Source of the DNA: Vicugna vicugna
Taxonomy: Eukaryota
Direction of reading: 5' to 3'
NCBI GenBank assembly: GCA_013265495.1
Contig: MU058478.1
Location: forward strand, 311,816 to 375,815
DNA length: 64,000 nucleotides
Below the pieces are notes generated by a model. It had not been told where the DNA came from. It worked only from the letters and a program-made list of their open reading frames with translations, and ran no database searches. Numbering within the stretch: position 1 is the stretch's first letter; each line of letters begins with the position of its first letter. Shown here one piece after another: positions 37,601 through 52,000 of this stretch. The position numbers were made by a program, and so were the translations under genes.

Positions 37601-38774
37601 CTGACTGCAACCCAGAAATATCTGACTTTCCTCCTTCCCCTTTTAATATAAAATAAGGGTCAAGAAATCAAAACTGGCTGAGACCACATTGCTTACGTGG
37701 CTAAATCTGAGATTGTCCACAAAGCAGGAGTTGAAATAAAGTAGCCAAAACCTTTGATCTAGGAGAAATGGCATCCTCCCCGCTCCCACCTCCAAAATAC
37801 ATTCAGAAATTGTTCTCTGAAATCATTACAGAGGGTTTAAAATGCTGAATGAGGCAAGAGCAATTTTTTTTCCCCAGGCAGCGGTCTGACCCTGATTTTC
37901 CCGTGCTGTGCATCAGGTTCTTACTGAATATCCCACATCTGGAATTTCCCATCATGCTCACAAAGGCGTAGGCATGATGAAGTCACAGGGACACTTTTTC
38001 ACTGATGGTTTGTTTTGTGAGCAGAGGGCTTTCGTCTGACATGCACAGGGCAGCAGAGTTTCCCCGTTCCCATCTGCCGTAGTGAGCCCTGCTCTGTCGT
38101 CCTGAAGGTCTTGAATGTCACACATGTTTACCCAACTGCACTTGGGCAGAACCATCACAGAACTTTATTTGCTTACCGCTGCTTCTCAGACCCTCCGGCT
38201 TCCTTTTTGGATCAAATTCCTTCCTGCTGAAATACATATTTGAGTTCCTCCAGCAAACGTTTCTTGGAAGAAAAATCTCTGAGAAGTGGCCTTGCCTGAA
38301 AATGACCTTCTAGTTTATCTGAACGCATGAAAAAGGAATTAATGAAAATAGAGAATCTTCACTAATTTTTTGTCTGTTTTGTTTTCTTGTTTTTGTTTTT
38401 TTCTCAATACTTTTTTCTTAATTGTCGAAAGTTTCCCCTTCTTTCTCTTTTTTAAAGGTTTTTTTCTCTTTGTTTTTGACATCCTGCAGCCTGTCTCTGA
38501 GCATACATTTTATTTATCCTTTTGGGGGATTCAATGTGTTTCTTCAATCTGAAGATCATGCATTTTATCAAGTTTGGGAAAATTTAACATTTTTACCACA
38601 TTAAGCATAACCTCCCCTTTTACGTCTGTCCTCTCCAATGATTTTTCTGTCTTTATCTCTTTGTGTAATGTTCTGAGTAATATTCTTATGTTTATTGTTC
38701 AGTTTACAGATTAGCTTGGTAGCACTGACATGACTTAAGTCTGCCAGTTTATTTGATTTCCTTTAATTTCCACC

Positions 38775-39238
38775 TTTTTCTTTTTTTTATTGAAGCACAG
38801 TGAATTACAATGTGTCATTTTCTGGTGCACAGCACAGTGTCCCCATCATGCATATATATATACATCTTTGTTTTCATATTTTTTTTCCATTAAAGATAGT
38901 TTCAAGATATTGAACATAGTTCCCTGTGCTCTACAGAAGAAATTTTTTAAAAATTAGTTTTATATATACTGGCTAACATTTGTAAATCTCAAACTCCCAA
39001 ATGTATCCCTTCCCACCCCCTTTCCCAGGTAACCATAAGATTGTTTGCTATGTCTGTGAGTCTGTTTATTGATGAGTTCATAGTCTTTTTTTTTTAATTT
39101 TAGATTCCACATGAGTAATCTCATATGGTATTTTTCTTTCTCTTTCTGACTTACTTCACTTAGAATGATCATCTGCAGATCCATCCATGTTGCTGCAAAT
39201 GGAATTATTCTATTCTCTTTTTTTAATGGCTGAGTAGT
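38775..39238 (-). mobile_element. Artiodactyl/camelid L1 3' end, 5'-truncated
   Basis: Poly-T, then 3' UTR, then ORF2 end (translation [21 protein letters not shown]). Confidence 0.92.
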
Positions 39239-42200
39239 TGAATGTTGTTAATTATAACCCCTTTGATTATATACATTTTAAATTTTAAAATAGAAAACAA
39301 TTAAAAATAAAAATCACCCATATTATTGATTTCAGGGGCAAGAAATGGAAATAAACCCTATTCCTTGTCTATCCCACACGCATTACTAGAACATGTATGG
39401 TTCGCTCCTATTTATTTTATTTTATTCTATTTTTAATGAAGCAAGCTTCTGCGAACCTGAAATCTAAATAAAAGCTAGAACCCTTAAAATATAAAATATT
39501 CTCATAAAATTGTTTCCTGAGAACCAACATGCTCTCTTTCTTCCCTCGCCTCTGAAGTCACCCTTACTCTATATACTGTTCCCTAATTCCTGTGAATTTC
39601 TTTGTTTTCACATTCTTTAAGGTTCTTTTAATGCACAAATGTTATTTAAAGTTATTTCTTTTAATATTGATATAGTAATATGTACCAGTCTTTATCTTTG
39701 TTGCAAATGCTTGGGCATCACATTTATTGATGGTTTTTCTTTTTTCCTGAACAAAGCTGCCTGTTCTGGGAGTTTAACAGATGTTTCAGTGTCACATTCT
39801 TTTCCTTCTGTCCTACCATTAAATAGTTTATCCCTTTTGCAAAATCAGATATCCGCATAAAGACATGCTTCGTTTGAACATTTACTTTTGTGACCTTCAT
39901 TGCGCCAAATCCTCCTTTCCACCTGCCAGTCACTAGTTTGAAATGTGAAAACATAACTGCTTTCTCTCCCAGTTAACCTTCGCTGTGCTTGGAGGGAGAG
40001 GATACAGATCTCCATTGCAGTGGAAGGAAAAAAAAGATCACACACACATCCCAAACTTCCTCATTCAACCTCAGGGTAAATGCTACGGGCAGTTTCTAAC
40101 AAGATTAAATACTTACCGACTTCATTAATTATACATTTTGTTTTATAATCTAGAATGAGTCCCAGATGGACATCTAGAAATTTTTCTAAACTTTGAGTTT
40201 CTAAGAGATTGTTTCATATAATTAATATTGAATATTCTTATACCCACAGGGATGGAGAAGCCTTCAGTTAGACATCTCAGCATTTTTATACAGTGAGATT
40301 CAAAGCATGACAATGAATGATGCATGTAATTTGGGATTTTTTTTATTCCAGTTTTGTAAGCACTCAAAGTATTTTGCCCATCTTGAAGAAAAATTCTACA
40401 CGAGAAATAAATGGTATTCAAAGAAAATAATCTATTGCCCACTGAATAATTTTTCTTATGATTACACTTGACAGATTTTTTTTCTTGCTGAACATAACTG
40501 GTGGGATTTCATATTCCGATTTCAGGAGACACTTATACTGACATTAAATGCACTTCAGACAATGGCTAGTGTGTAAGTCAACAAGATTCAGGCCATTAAA
40601 AAAAAGTTAGACATTTCTAGTCTTATCTAGAAATAATGCTTTTAGCTGAGTGAAATCTAAGTACACATACATATGCATAAAATCATGAAAGCATCAGTTT
40701 TATTTTTAGTCTGCATGGTGGATGGGCAAGGAGGCTGTATTGGGATTAGAATCCCAGAATTTGCATGGAAAGCCACCATGTTTTGCACCTGCATGCCTTC
40801 CTACAGTAATTTAATGTTACAATTTCTGACAAGATAATTCCATCTTCACTGTGCCTGACTGTGCCTTAAGCTGCTGGGAGAAAAAAAATTAATGTGAACC
40901 TTCAGTGGGGTAGGAAAAGTATATTTAACTAAGATGAACTTTGCTCATAAGCCAACAATCCTGAAACTGGGGGGGAAAAAAATGACAAGGCGAGATTTAG
41001 AATCCAAGTCACAGGTTTGTTTTCCCCTCCCTTCCAAAGCCTGTGTGTGTGTTCGTGTCCGGTGCGTTGGCAACAGATGTACAAATTGCTTAGCACACTT
41101 TGAAAAAAAAAAGTGACTTTGCAGTAGGGGGAATAGTCTGGTGCAGAAAAGCCAGCATTTTAGGGCCGAGAGAAACTGTGCCCCAGTCTCGTCTGAGAGC
41201 ATTTACAAAGAGTGAATTAAAACGAAGCATTTCTTTCTTCAAGCAAACTGAAAAGATAAAAGGTTAAACTTCAGCCGCTGATGCGCGGGGAGCGGGATTT
41301 ATGGGCAGGCGCACCGACTCTCAGGTCTGTGCATGGTGTCTCCACCTTTTGAAAATCCATTTTCTTTTCCTTTTAGGTACTTTTACATAAATTTCAACAG
41401 AGTCCCAAGTCCATTCAGGACAGCATTAAGTCAGAAACCCGGCTCAAAATTGAACTAACATGTTTTCCTACAAGAGATGGACTTAGGTGCCCTAAACGAG
41501 CCGTAGAATGATGTCTATGGACGTGGAATGCCTTGTATTGTCCATTTTCAGAGGAAAATATGGTTTTATATATCTTGCTACTCTTTCTGCCTTTGTCTTA
41601 AAATATTCATCTCTGATATGATAACATCAGTGGGCAATTTGGGCAAATAATGCTCAGATTTTCTTTAAGTATCCCAATTATTTCACGGTCCCCTAGAATT
41701 TACAGTTCCGAAACAAAAAGACAAGTTCACTAAACAAAGCCAGGTAACTGAGCTAAACACCATGCTCAGATGCTCAAATGATACCCCATTTCCAGTCTTC
41801 TCTTTTACAAATGTTTGCCACACACTCAGTTGTGATACCTGGGGTCACGTTCAGTTAATGAAGGTTCTGGTCAAATCACAAACCCTGATTAATTCCATCA
41901 AGACAGATCTGATTTTGAAAAATGTTGAGGTCCTCTGTAATCAAGAAAAAAAAAGGACATAATATATTGTTGATCCATGATGTGGCGTGATATCCTCCAA
42001 AGGAAAGATCCTATGACTGTCATGTGAAGACTACACATGTTAATGACATGTGACTTTTGTCATGTCCAGCGACACACCCTATGGTAAGTAATGGGAAATG
42101 GAAATGACTCCAGAAGGTTTTCCATCATTTGTCATCAAGCAACACTCCTGTTCCTCATGGGATATATGGTCTTGTAGCATGGACTCAACATACATGTATT

Positions 42201-42312
42201 TCAAAAGAAATGGTATAATTTTAACTCTCCTTTGAAAGCGATAGGTCGTTAGTAAATGAATGGTGACTGGACAAAGCTCTGCTGTCAATGAATTCAACAC
42301 GCTACCCTATAC

Positions 42313-42976
42313 TGTGGCGATGTGAACATCATTTGGTTTTCCTTCCATTCAGATGTGCAATTTATATCTCATCCCTTTGATGCTAGATGAGCTCCTGTCT
42401 GCTTTCATTGATTGAGGACTATGGGAATGATGCTATATAACTTTAAGAATAGCTCAAGTGGTAGAGCACATGCTTAGCACAGCACAAGGTCCTGGGTTCA
42501 ATCCCCAGCACCTCCTCTAAACATAAATAAATTAACAAACCTAATTACCTTCCCCTACCAGGAAAAAAAAAAGGATAGCTCATAAGATGCCCTACAACTT
42601 CCTCCTATTTCTCTGGGGGGTCCTTCTCTGGAAGGATCCAGATAGTTTGGGAGAAGCCCGGAGAATCTGACACTGCTGTGCTGGTGGGTCCATACGTGGC
42701 CATCTCCCCACCATGCCCACTCCCATGGGGCCCCAAGTCAATAGGAAACATCATTTCACTGCCAGAAAAACACACCGTTTTTGATCCAGCCCAGCTGAGC
42801 TTCCAGATGACTGCAGTCCCCGCCAATATCCAAATGAGGTTACAGATCTTGTCATTTCAAGATCCCAAACAATTATTTCCCAGCAGGGTGCTTCCCAGTT
42901 TCATCACTGACAAAATTATGAGCAAAATGAAATGGTTATTTTAAGCCTGTTTTGCATAACTAATCACGCAGGAACA
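42313..42976 (+). mobile_element. MLT1F/G-like MaLR LTR carrying a SINE insertion
   Basis: 'cttccagatgactgcagtccc' and 'aaaattatgagcaaaatgaaatggttattttaagcc'; TG...CA ends. Confidence 0.65.
42450..42572 (+). mobile_element. tRNA-Ala-derived SINE (camelid vic-1-like), slightly 5'-truncated
   Basis: A-box 'tagctcaagtgg', B-box 'gggttcaatccc', tail 'acctaattacc' plus oligo-A; TSD aagaatagctca/aaggatagctca. Confidence 0.9.
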
Positions 42977-45177
42977 GGATAGGCTCTGAAACACATCTAT
43001 ACTCAGAAATTATTCCATTTATATTTGTTATTATGGCTGAAAGAAATGGACGAGCTCCAGGTAAGTGTACGACTTACAGTTTACTTCTTATTAACCGTAT
43101 AGCTTTGGGGGAAAAAAATAGACACTTCATTGAGGACTTCATTTCAATATCTTCAAAAATGAATTTATAATAAGAAGCAACTCTTCAGATTGTTTTCAGA
43201 ATCAAAGAGGAAAAGACAAAATATCACTCTTGGCCGTAGCGAAAGTACAACGTGGCAGGGGTGTAGGGGAAGTTGTTTCGGGCTTCTAAGCCCTGAAAGT
43301 CTGTGCCGTGTGTGGACCAGATGCAGAGGAAAGTCAGGACTCTGCATCCTGATGGGTGGCCTTTACCTTCAATGTCCCTCCTCTCTCTGAGGGCCTGTGA
43401 TCCTGGATTTTCTTCTGGGGACACGTCTTTGATCTGCCCTCGGAATCTTCGGAATAAAACATAAAAACAAAATTCGAAGGTGTTTCTTATTTTCTTGCGT
43501 TCATTAATACAGTTAAGGAAGATGACTCCACACTGAAAGCAGTTCTCTCCTTCACCAACCGAGATCGTCTCTCAGTTAATGACCCTGGGCAATGCCCTTT
43601 ATAAACATTTACTGGGAAATATTTCAACATAGATGAACAATTAACATCACCCTTTCCTGTGCAATCAGCTGCAATTATCCATTCCATACTTGGCTTTCTA
43701 ACATTTTCATTGAAGAAAAAAAGAAAAAGTTACAAAATTAGGAAAAAAAAAACCTATAATCATTTAAACCACACATTAAGAGAGAATGAAAAATTTCAAA
43801 GAAAAGATAAATCCTATTTATTTCAAGGAGACTTTTTTCCAATTTCAACCACATTATTGATCAACACTTAAGACAACATTGATCTTAATTTGCTCCAATA
43901 TATCTTTTCTTTTAAAAGTTAGGAGATGCTAAGTCAGCTGTCAGTTCTCCTACAACTGCATTCATAACAACACACAGGAACAGATTTTTCCCTTGGCCTC
44001 CCCTATAATAAGATATAAACTAAAGCATGCATACAATGCACTGAAGTTGCCCTCTAAAGAGCTTAAAACATTAGCCACACAGATAGTTTTTCCCAGTGGC
44101 GTGTTTCAACATGAGAGATATTTGCAAAGTGTTAGTGTAAAGAACAGAAATTCACTTACATCTGTCTTGGCAATGCCAAATACAGGCTTTGAAAACGTCT
44201 TGTCGATGACTGTTTATTGGCAAGATGCCCTCGCTAAGCAGATCCCACCGTGTACACTCTCTCAGAACCAGATGGTTTAAGTTCCTCTTGGGAAATGTAA
44301 GGGAATGAAGGAAAAGTCACTGTGAGCAGAGCTGGGTAACACTTAACCTTACAAAGAAACATCAACTTCTTCACGTAAGAAAAATGGGACAAAGAGAAAT
44401 TCAACGAGCTGTGATGTTTCTGATGCGAAGCATGGACTTGTTCAGTCATCTCAAGTTCATGACATGGAATCAGCTAGCGATGACCAGATGTTTTGGAAAG
44501 TTAAGCATCCATTTGGACAACAATTCACTCATCTAATTTTAAACGGGTGATGTGCTGATGAAAATGAAGTAAATAGCTGAATTGACATCAGTCTATTTGG
44601 AAATTTATCTAAGCTAAGATGACACTTGGCAGACCTCAAAGCAGTTAAGCCATCAGACCAAGGTCCCTGGAGTAATCGGATGCATGCCTGAAAATTCAGT
44701 TCAAATGCCAGCTCCTATTAGAAGCTCTCCTTATGCCTGCAAACAACACCATTGGCATTCTCACTGTGCCTGGTAAGTGCATGCTACTTCTTGTTCAATA
44801 ATTATGACTTGCTTTTCCTACTTTAAAAATGGTTTATCATAAAATCTCACAAGTCCTTCAGATTTCTGTTCCTCAGATTTCTTTGAAAAACGGGTTTCTC
44901 AGCCTCTTTGTTTAAACCATGGCCTCTGTCATGCAGTTTAGTTCATATTTTTGGAATATTCTTCAGCTAATATTACATTGAGTTGTTCTGCCTACAGTTC
45001 ATGACATAAAGGCATAAATGAATGAAAATGGCTTAAGAACCCAGATATTGTGACATGGCAAATAGATGGAGAAGTGGAGAGTCCCTGGATGACTCCCAGG
45101 AGTAGGTCAACACAGAAAGCATGGCTTCTACCAGTGGAGAGCCAGCCATCTAGAAGGCCACACGGAAAGGGAAACAG

Positions 45178-45265
45178 ACAGATGGTAGGTAGGTAGATAG
45201 ATAGATAGATAGATAGATAGACAGATTAGATGGATGGATGGATGGATGGATGAACATGTAGATAA

Positions 45266-45334
<69 letters not shown>

Positions 45335-45357
45335 CAGAAAGAAAGATTAGATGGATG

Positions 45358-45388
<31 letters not shown>

Positions 45389-45490
45389 TGGATGGATGGA
45401 TGGATGGATGAATGGATGGAAAGATGGATGGATGGACAGATGGATGGATGAATATGTAGGTAGGTGGGTAGATAGATAGATAGATAAAGA
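45178..45490. repeat. Compound (TAGA)n/(TGGA)n microsatellite
   Basis: Directly visible. Confidence 0.97.
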
Positions 45491-46084
45491 GATGCAAAGT
45501 TTTAATTATAATAATTGGAACATCATGGATGAGTCCACATGCATCCTGAAAAAAGAAAAGTTTAATTAAGAACACAGGCCATGACCAAAAATGACTCAAT
45601 TATGCTTTAAAAAAGATCATTGTTATTTTTGCAAATTATCATTCTCCCTTCACTAATGTAAAGAATAAAAATATGGGAACATTTTAAAAAGATGAAATAA
45701 GATTAAAGAAGGAAAACCAATCACGTTCCTTATGCCAAACAATATCAGCGGATTAATTTAAGAATAGGTCAGATCAACTACTTTTAAAGAACAGGCATGT
45801 AGTAAAAACAAAACAACAGAGAAAGGTAAAAAAAAAAGTGGAATGTTTACAAAAGAAATAGTAGGCAAGTATAAAGAATAATAAAGCACAGATGAATATA
45901 TTTTAAACATAAATATACAGATATTTGAACCAGACAAAGTAATAAATGGCATAAAATAGGAACAGAATAATCTAATTAAATATATGGAGAGGAAAAAATG
46001 CAGACAAACAGGAGCCACTCAGTGGGAGAAACTCAACACATTGTTTTCTAAGTTTTCTGGCTTAGTTCAAATTTCATTTCTTTA

Positions 46085-46275
46085 TTTAGTCCCCACATGA
46101 CTTGGGCAAATTCACATTCTCACTATTTATTTTCTCTTCTATCAAATGTAATTGAAAATGCCTCTTGTTTATAGGATTATTTTGAGGAACAAATGAGATA
46201 AATTGAATAAATGAGATAAATGAGATAAATTAGTACAATTCTTAGCTCATATTAATTACTTAATAAACCTTAGTT
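46085..46275 (+). mobile_element. MIR SINE followed by a (TA)/(TG)n repeat
   Basis: 'tgacttgggcaaatt...ataggattattttgagga..aaatgagata'. Confidence 0.65.
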
Positions 46276-47334
46276 CCATATATATATACATTTGTGTGTG
46301 TGTGTGTGTGTGTGCACCCTCCAAGGATACACACCAGCCATGTATTTCTTGATACAGTGTTTATCCCCTAATGTTCCAATTGGAACATTTTTATTTCCCA
46401 AGTGTATCTTAATATTTCAATATTCTCCGTGTATTGCTTTTTTTCCCTCACATTATATTGTGAACCTTTTGAGAGAAGGTTTTAAATCCAAAAATTTCTG
46501 TTTAATTTCTAATTGCTTTACCTATGAAGTTAGTGTAAGGATTAGGGGCAGAAAAAGAAGTATTGGACATGACACATGCTAGGAAAACTATTTAGAAAGT
46601 TAATTTATTTTCCTCTCTGCTTAGAAAGATCAGGGGCTCTTGCCACGCTTTAAATTCCAGGACATTTTTTTCTCGCAGGACAGAAATCATTTTGGAGAGT
46701 TCACCTGTAGGACTTCGTAAAGGATGTGCTGGAAATTCATTGTTCCTTGTTACATTTCGGAACCTTTCAGCCTTTGCACGTACCTGAAAGTTCGAAAGTC
46801 TGTAAATCAAGGGCATAATTTTTTCCATTAACTTAAAGTTCTTGAAGCTTTATGTATGCCCAGACTGCCCATCTCTACTGCCTGTATTGTGATTAGAATC
46901 ACATGAAAAAAACCAACTGTATTTCCAGGCCAGCGAAAGCTCTATAGGGGAGATAAAGTGGCTTCTGTGAAAGAAACAGAGGCCAAATGTACTTTTCCTC
47001 ATCGAATATACTAGAGCATTCTAGATGGAACCTGGAATGCAAATGTTCTAATTTACCTTATCTGCTGCAGTTCCATGAATAAATTGAAGCATTTTTTTTA
47101 ACATTTCAAGATAAAAAGTTGCTGCAGTAATTAGGACTATTTTCAGCTCTTAATTTTGCATGCGAAACAATTATTATAAAATTGTAGATAGGTTTAAAAA
47201 CAAGTATTTTGATAGATGTAGGAGGAACGTGGTATTTTGTGTCCATAAATCTATTTATAAACTTTAAAATAAGTAAGTATAATAGAGAGTACACTGGAAT
47301 AGTAAAAAAAAAAAAAGTAAGATTGTAGATTTAT

Positions 47335-48260
47335 TCACTGCATTTCATTTGTGTTAAATGTAAATGCAATTATGACTTGAATTAATGACAAAAGTTGTCA
47401 AACGATTTTGAAAGATCAGAACATGCCTTTACATCAATGCCAATTTAAATATTATATATGTTGAAAATGAAAGGATGGGAGGGTAAAACCATGGAGGCAC
47501 CATCTGAATGTAGAATTTAAAGCAAAAAGCATTACTATAGTAGAAGAGAAACACTCAATGTTTAAATCATCAGCTTAATTAGAAGAGATGATGATTTTAA
47601 ACTTTGATGCACCTGATAGAATTAAAAAAAAACTTAAAACAAAAATATAACAATAATCCTATAACAAAAAATATATAACAAAATCAAAATTCCTGGGATC
47701 GAGAGATTACAGACTGAAAAAGAACTGTGCACATTGATATTCATGATAGTTGATTAAATTAGTAGAGAAGTTAGTAAGGATATAGATTTAAACAGCATGA
47801 TTCAACAGCTTGACTTAACTGGTAAACGTTCAACAGTGTAGAATAAACATTCTTAGTGCATGCATGTGGGATATTTAACACAATATGTCATATTCTGGGC
47901 AACAGAGCGAGCCTCAGCTAAATTATAAGTGTTGAAATCAATCTGTGTATATTTCTGACCTCTGTAGAATTAAAATAGAATTCAGTCTTAAACAAGAAAC
48001 TAAAGTTTTCCAAATGCATGAGAAATAATTCATACAGTTTTTAATAATTCTTGAATCAGGAATTGATCATTGATTTCAGATAATACGTGAGATGAATAAT
48101 AATGAAAATAAGGCATATCAACGTTTGTGAAATACATTTAAAGCAGTGCTTTAAAGGGAAATTATTATTTTAAGGATGTGTTAAAAAAGAAAAATGACTG
48201 AAAAGAAATCAATGATTCAGGTTTCATCACAAAAAGCTAATAAAGAAACAGGAAGAATAT
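47335..48260 (+). mobile_element. Old L1M ORF2 endonuclease-region remnant
   Basis: 'tagtaaggatatagatttaaacagc', 'catattctgggcaaca' and 'aaagcagtgctttaaagggaaatt' resemble L1 ORF2 N-terminal sequence; many stops. Confidence 0.75.
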
Positions 48261-48299
48261 GGATATTCCAAGAACATAGAAACAAAATAAAAATAAAAA

Positions 48300-48590
48300 T
48301 AAGGACTTATAAGACCATCAACTTAAGATAATCACAAATAAATAGGTTGATACATGTAACCCTCATGGTATCCACAAACCCAAAACTTATAATACACACA
48401 CACATACACACATGAAAAAAAGAAAGAAATGAAAAAAACTAAAAATAGTTATCAAATCGCAAGGGAAGAGGGCAAAAGAAACAGGAAAGAACTACAGAAA
48501 CAACCAGAAAAAAAGCAATATACAAAATGGCAAGAAGTACATACCTATGAAATGATTTGAATGTAAATCAACTAAATGTTCCAATCAAAA
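48300..48590 (+). mobile_element. L1 inter-ORF / ORF2-start fragment
   Basis: 'aaccctcatggtatccacaaac...aaaatggcaagaagtacatacctat...aatgtaaat'. Confidence 0.65.
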
Positions 48591-48619
48591 ATACTCAATA
48601 AAATAATATTTAAAAAAAT

Positions 48620-48657
48620 ACAATATGATATTAATCATATATGAAATCTTAAAAAAA

Positions 48658-48736
<79 letters not shown>

Positions 48737-49062
48737 GGGGGACACTATGAGCTCATGTACAAAACAGAAGCAGATTCACAGTCTTATGGTTACCGGGGGG
48801 AAACGGGGTGGGAAGGGGTAAATTTAGGTGTTTGAGATTTGCACATTTCAACCACTATACATAAAAATCGACAACAAAAATTCTTCTGTGTAGCACAGAG
48901 AACTGCGTTCAATATCTTGCAATAACCTTTAATGAAAAAGAATATGGAAAAGAATATGTGTGTGTGTGTGTGTGCATGGTGGGGACACTGTGCTGCGCAC
49001 CCGAAATGGACACGTTGTAACTGACTACACTTCAATTTTTCAAAACGGAAAAAAAAAAAAAA
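48620..49062 (+). mobile_element. Camelid-type L1 3' end with an internal (AAAG)20 repeat at 48657-48736
   Basis: 'ttatggttacc...tgtagcacagagaac...gttgtaactgactacacttcaa' plus A tail. Confidence 0.9.
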
Positions 49063-50099
49063 GGAGAAAGTTATAAATGTATAGGTTTCTCTAAAATTGG
49101 CAAGATCTGGGATGCCTCGTTCATCCTGAATTATCCCACGATGAGAACAGCGCGAGGCCCCGGCAGCGTTTTCATTAACTTTGTTAACGACCCTGCCCCT
49201 GGGTTTCCACAGAGGACGCAGTCTTGACGAGCAGTGATTTCATCCTAATAAAAATGATTCCAGAGGAAGTTGTTAGACTTTTAAGGTCATGCAGTGACTC
49301 TCTGCATAGCCTACTTTTTGTTTTGTTAACTGCAAATAATTTCGAAAACATATTATTCTCAGAGACACAATCTATTTAGTAACTGTCTGGCGTTCCTTGA
49401 AATTACAATTGAGTCTGATGTGATGAGCCCCTTGAATAATGGATTTTTAAGCTGGTTGGTGTACATTCGTGTGTAACTGCGATCTTTATGAGTATCTTGG
49501 GAATAGTATTTACATCCAATAATGTTCCACACATGGAAGGGCATTTACTGTTCTATCCTTTCATGTTTCCCTAAGCATTATTTGGAAAACACTAAGACTT
49601 CATTAGGTTGAAAAATGCTCTTTGCTTAGAGTGATTTAGTGCAAAAGAAAAAAAAAAAGCTTCTCTTCTGGAAAAGCTTTGGATAATAAATTTGATATTC
49701 TTTAAGAACAAAGAATTCAAAATACGGCATGCTAAGTAGAGGCTGGAGAGCAGTTGGGAGATATTTTTAAAAACTCATTTGAAGTTCACAGCACTCAAAG
49801 TCAGACTTAATTAAATTGGATTTATCATTCAGAAAATGGAAGTCATTTTGGCACACTGCATTATTCAACACTTTATCCCCTGTACTGTCACTGCTGGATG
49901 TGTCGACTTGAGACCGCCATGAAATTCCTGGTGTATCTCTGAGCGCATTTTTTTTTAAATAACCATTCATCAACTGTTTTAACCACATAGAAAAATAATG
50001 CATTTGGAAATATATCTCCTCCAGCACATAAGATTTTCATTATCACTGTAGAATTTTTTTTTTTAAAGAGGGAATGTTGAAAGTTTTTAAGAGGGGCCA

Positions 50100-50302
50100 T
50101 AGAAAGAAATCTGTGGTTACCAGGGGGGAAAGGGGAGGGGTGGAAGGATAGATTAGGAGTGTGGGACTAGTGGATTCACATTACTATATATAAAATAGAT
50201 AAACATCAAGGAACTACTGTATAGCACAACGGACTTAATTCAATATTTTGTAATGAGCAGTAATGGAAAACAAACTAAAATATCTATATATGTGTGTGGG
50301 TG

Positions 50303-50339
<37 letters not shown>

Positions 50340-50450
50340 TTGTACTTATGGCTGAATCTACTTGCTGTACACCTAAAACTAACATTGTAAATTGACTACA
50401 CTTCAATAAAAATTATGCAAAACAGAACAATAAATGAATAAATAAATAAA
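50100..50450 (+). mobile_element. Artiodactyl L1 3' end
   Basis: 'ctatatataaaatagataaac...ctactgtatagcaca...ttgctgtacacct...cttcaataaaa'. Confidence 0.88.
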
Positions 50451-50959
50451 TCTAGATAAGTCCAAAAAAGCTTAAAAATAATACAATAAAGTAATAATAA
50501 ATTTTAAAAAACAAACAAAAAAAACTCTAAAAAAGTATACGAAATCCAGCCCATTTTAACAGACAAAATCTATTAAACCCAATTCACCTAAATGATAGTC
50601 TAAAATAAGGAAATTTAAAATGAAATGATTACATAGAGAGTCTGAGAAATCTCCAAATATAATTTTCACATTACACTGGCATACACTAATACATCCAATT
50701 ACTGACAAACTGAATTCTGCAATGTGCATGCATCTGTGTTAGAGTTTGCAAATCATAGATAATACTAAAGGAATGTTACTATGTAGCAGGAACACTCGAC
50801 TATGCTTTGAGAATGTAATTTCATTCATTACTAACATCAACTCCAAGAGGAAAACAGCACTGCTATTGCCACTATTTTAATACATAAGAAATGTGAGTCA
50901 TGGAGGGCGCAGCTTGAAGTTGCACATCGGTAGAGGGTTTGACACTGAAAACCTTGTTA

Positions 50960-52000
50960 ATATAATTAAGAGATGAGAACTGAACAGTAAAAGGGAGTCT
51001 AATAATGTCATCCTACCAGCAACACAGTCGCCTGTACCCAGAACTCGATTTCTCTGTGTCATTCTCCACTAAGAGGGAACAGCGTATCTTGGGGGAATGA
51101 CCAAGGCGAGGGTCGGGGCAGGAAAAGATATAACATGAGCCTGGGACATGAAGAGTGTCCAGAATAAAAAAAAAAAATGTGTGTAAACAGAAGGATGGAC
51201 ACATGTGCCTCCCAGAAGGAGCTCCTGATGGTCAAAGCTAAACCAATTTAAGCAGCAAAATCAATGGCAACAGTACAGAATGGAAACCCAAAGAAACAAA
51301 ACAATTATGAGCCTGCAGTGATATAATTATTGAATATATAAATAAAGGGGGGGAGAGACAAATCTTCCTTACAGAGACATCCACAAAATATAGGTAAGTA
51401 CCTTCCCCAGCTCCAGGAGGCAGGCTTAATCCTCTCCCCCCACCCCTGCATTCTGGATGGATTTAGTGAAATGCTTCCAAAATTTCAGTATGGAAAAGGA
51501 AAAATGGTAGATTCAAAACGGAGAAATCCTGGTAGACGCCACCTTAACGTAACGTCATCTATAATTAGTCATATTGCACCTCACTTTGTAGGATTCCTTC
51601 TCATAACACAAAACCGTGGTCCAACCCCGAGAAAATATCAGACAAATAAATTCAAACCGAGGGACCATCTCCAAAATGTCAGAGAAGCATTTTTCAAAAG
51701 TGTCAGGGTGATGAATTGCAAGGTGATGGAGAGAAATGGTCGCGGAAGAGAGTAAGGAGACACCATGACTAAAATGTGCAACGTGGTGGCACCCTGGTGG
51801 GATCCTGGGAGAGACAAGGACATTAGTGGAAAAAATAATAATAAAAAAAAAGACCCAATCTGAGCAGGGTCTGGATTTTAGTTCATGATAATGGCAATGG
51901 TCCCAAGTTATATCCTTGGCTTTGAAATAGCTGCCATGGTATCATGAGACTTGAACCCTCGGGGGGTCGGGTGAGAGGGTTACAGGGAGTCTGCGTCGTG
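50960..52000 (+). mobile_element. L1MC3/4-like 3' UTR
   Basis: 'ggcaggaaaagatataacatgagcctggg' and 'gggatcctggga...aaggacattagtggaaaaa'. Confidence 0.7.

Noticed and set aside
42450..42520. tRNA-Ala gene (also 53945-54020)
   Set aside because: Mutated stems, SINE-specific tail, oligo-A and, for the 42450 copy, a TSD indicate SINE copies
45150..45599. 149-aa minus-strand ORF
   Set aside because: Translation of the TAGA/TGGA microsatellite
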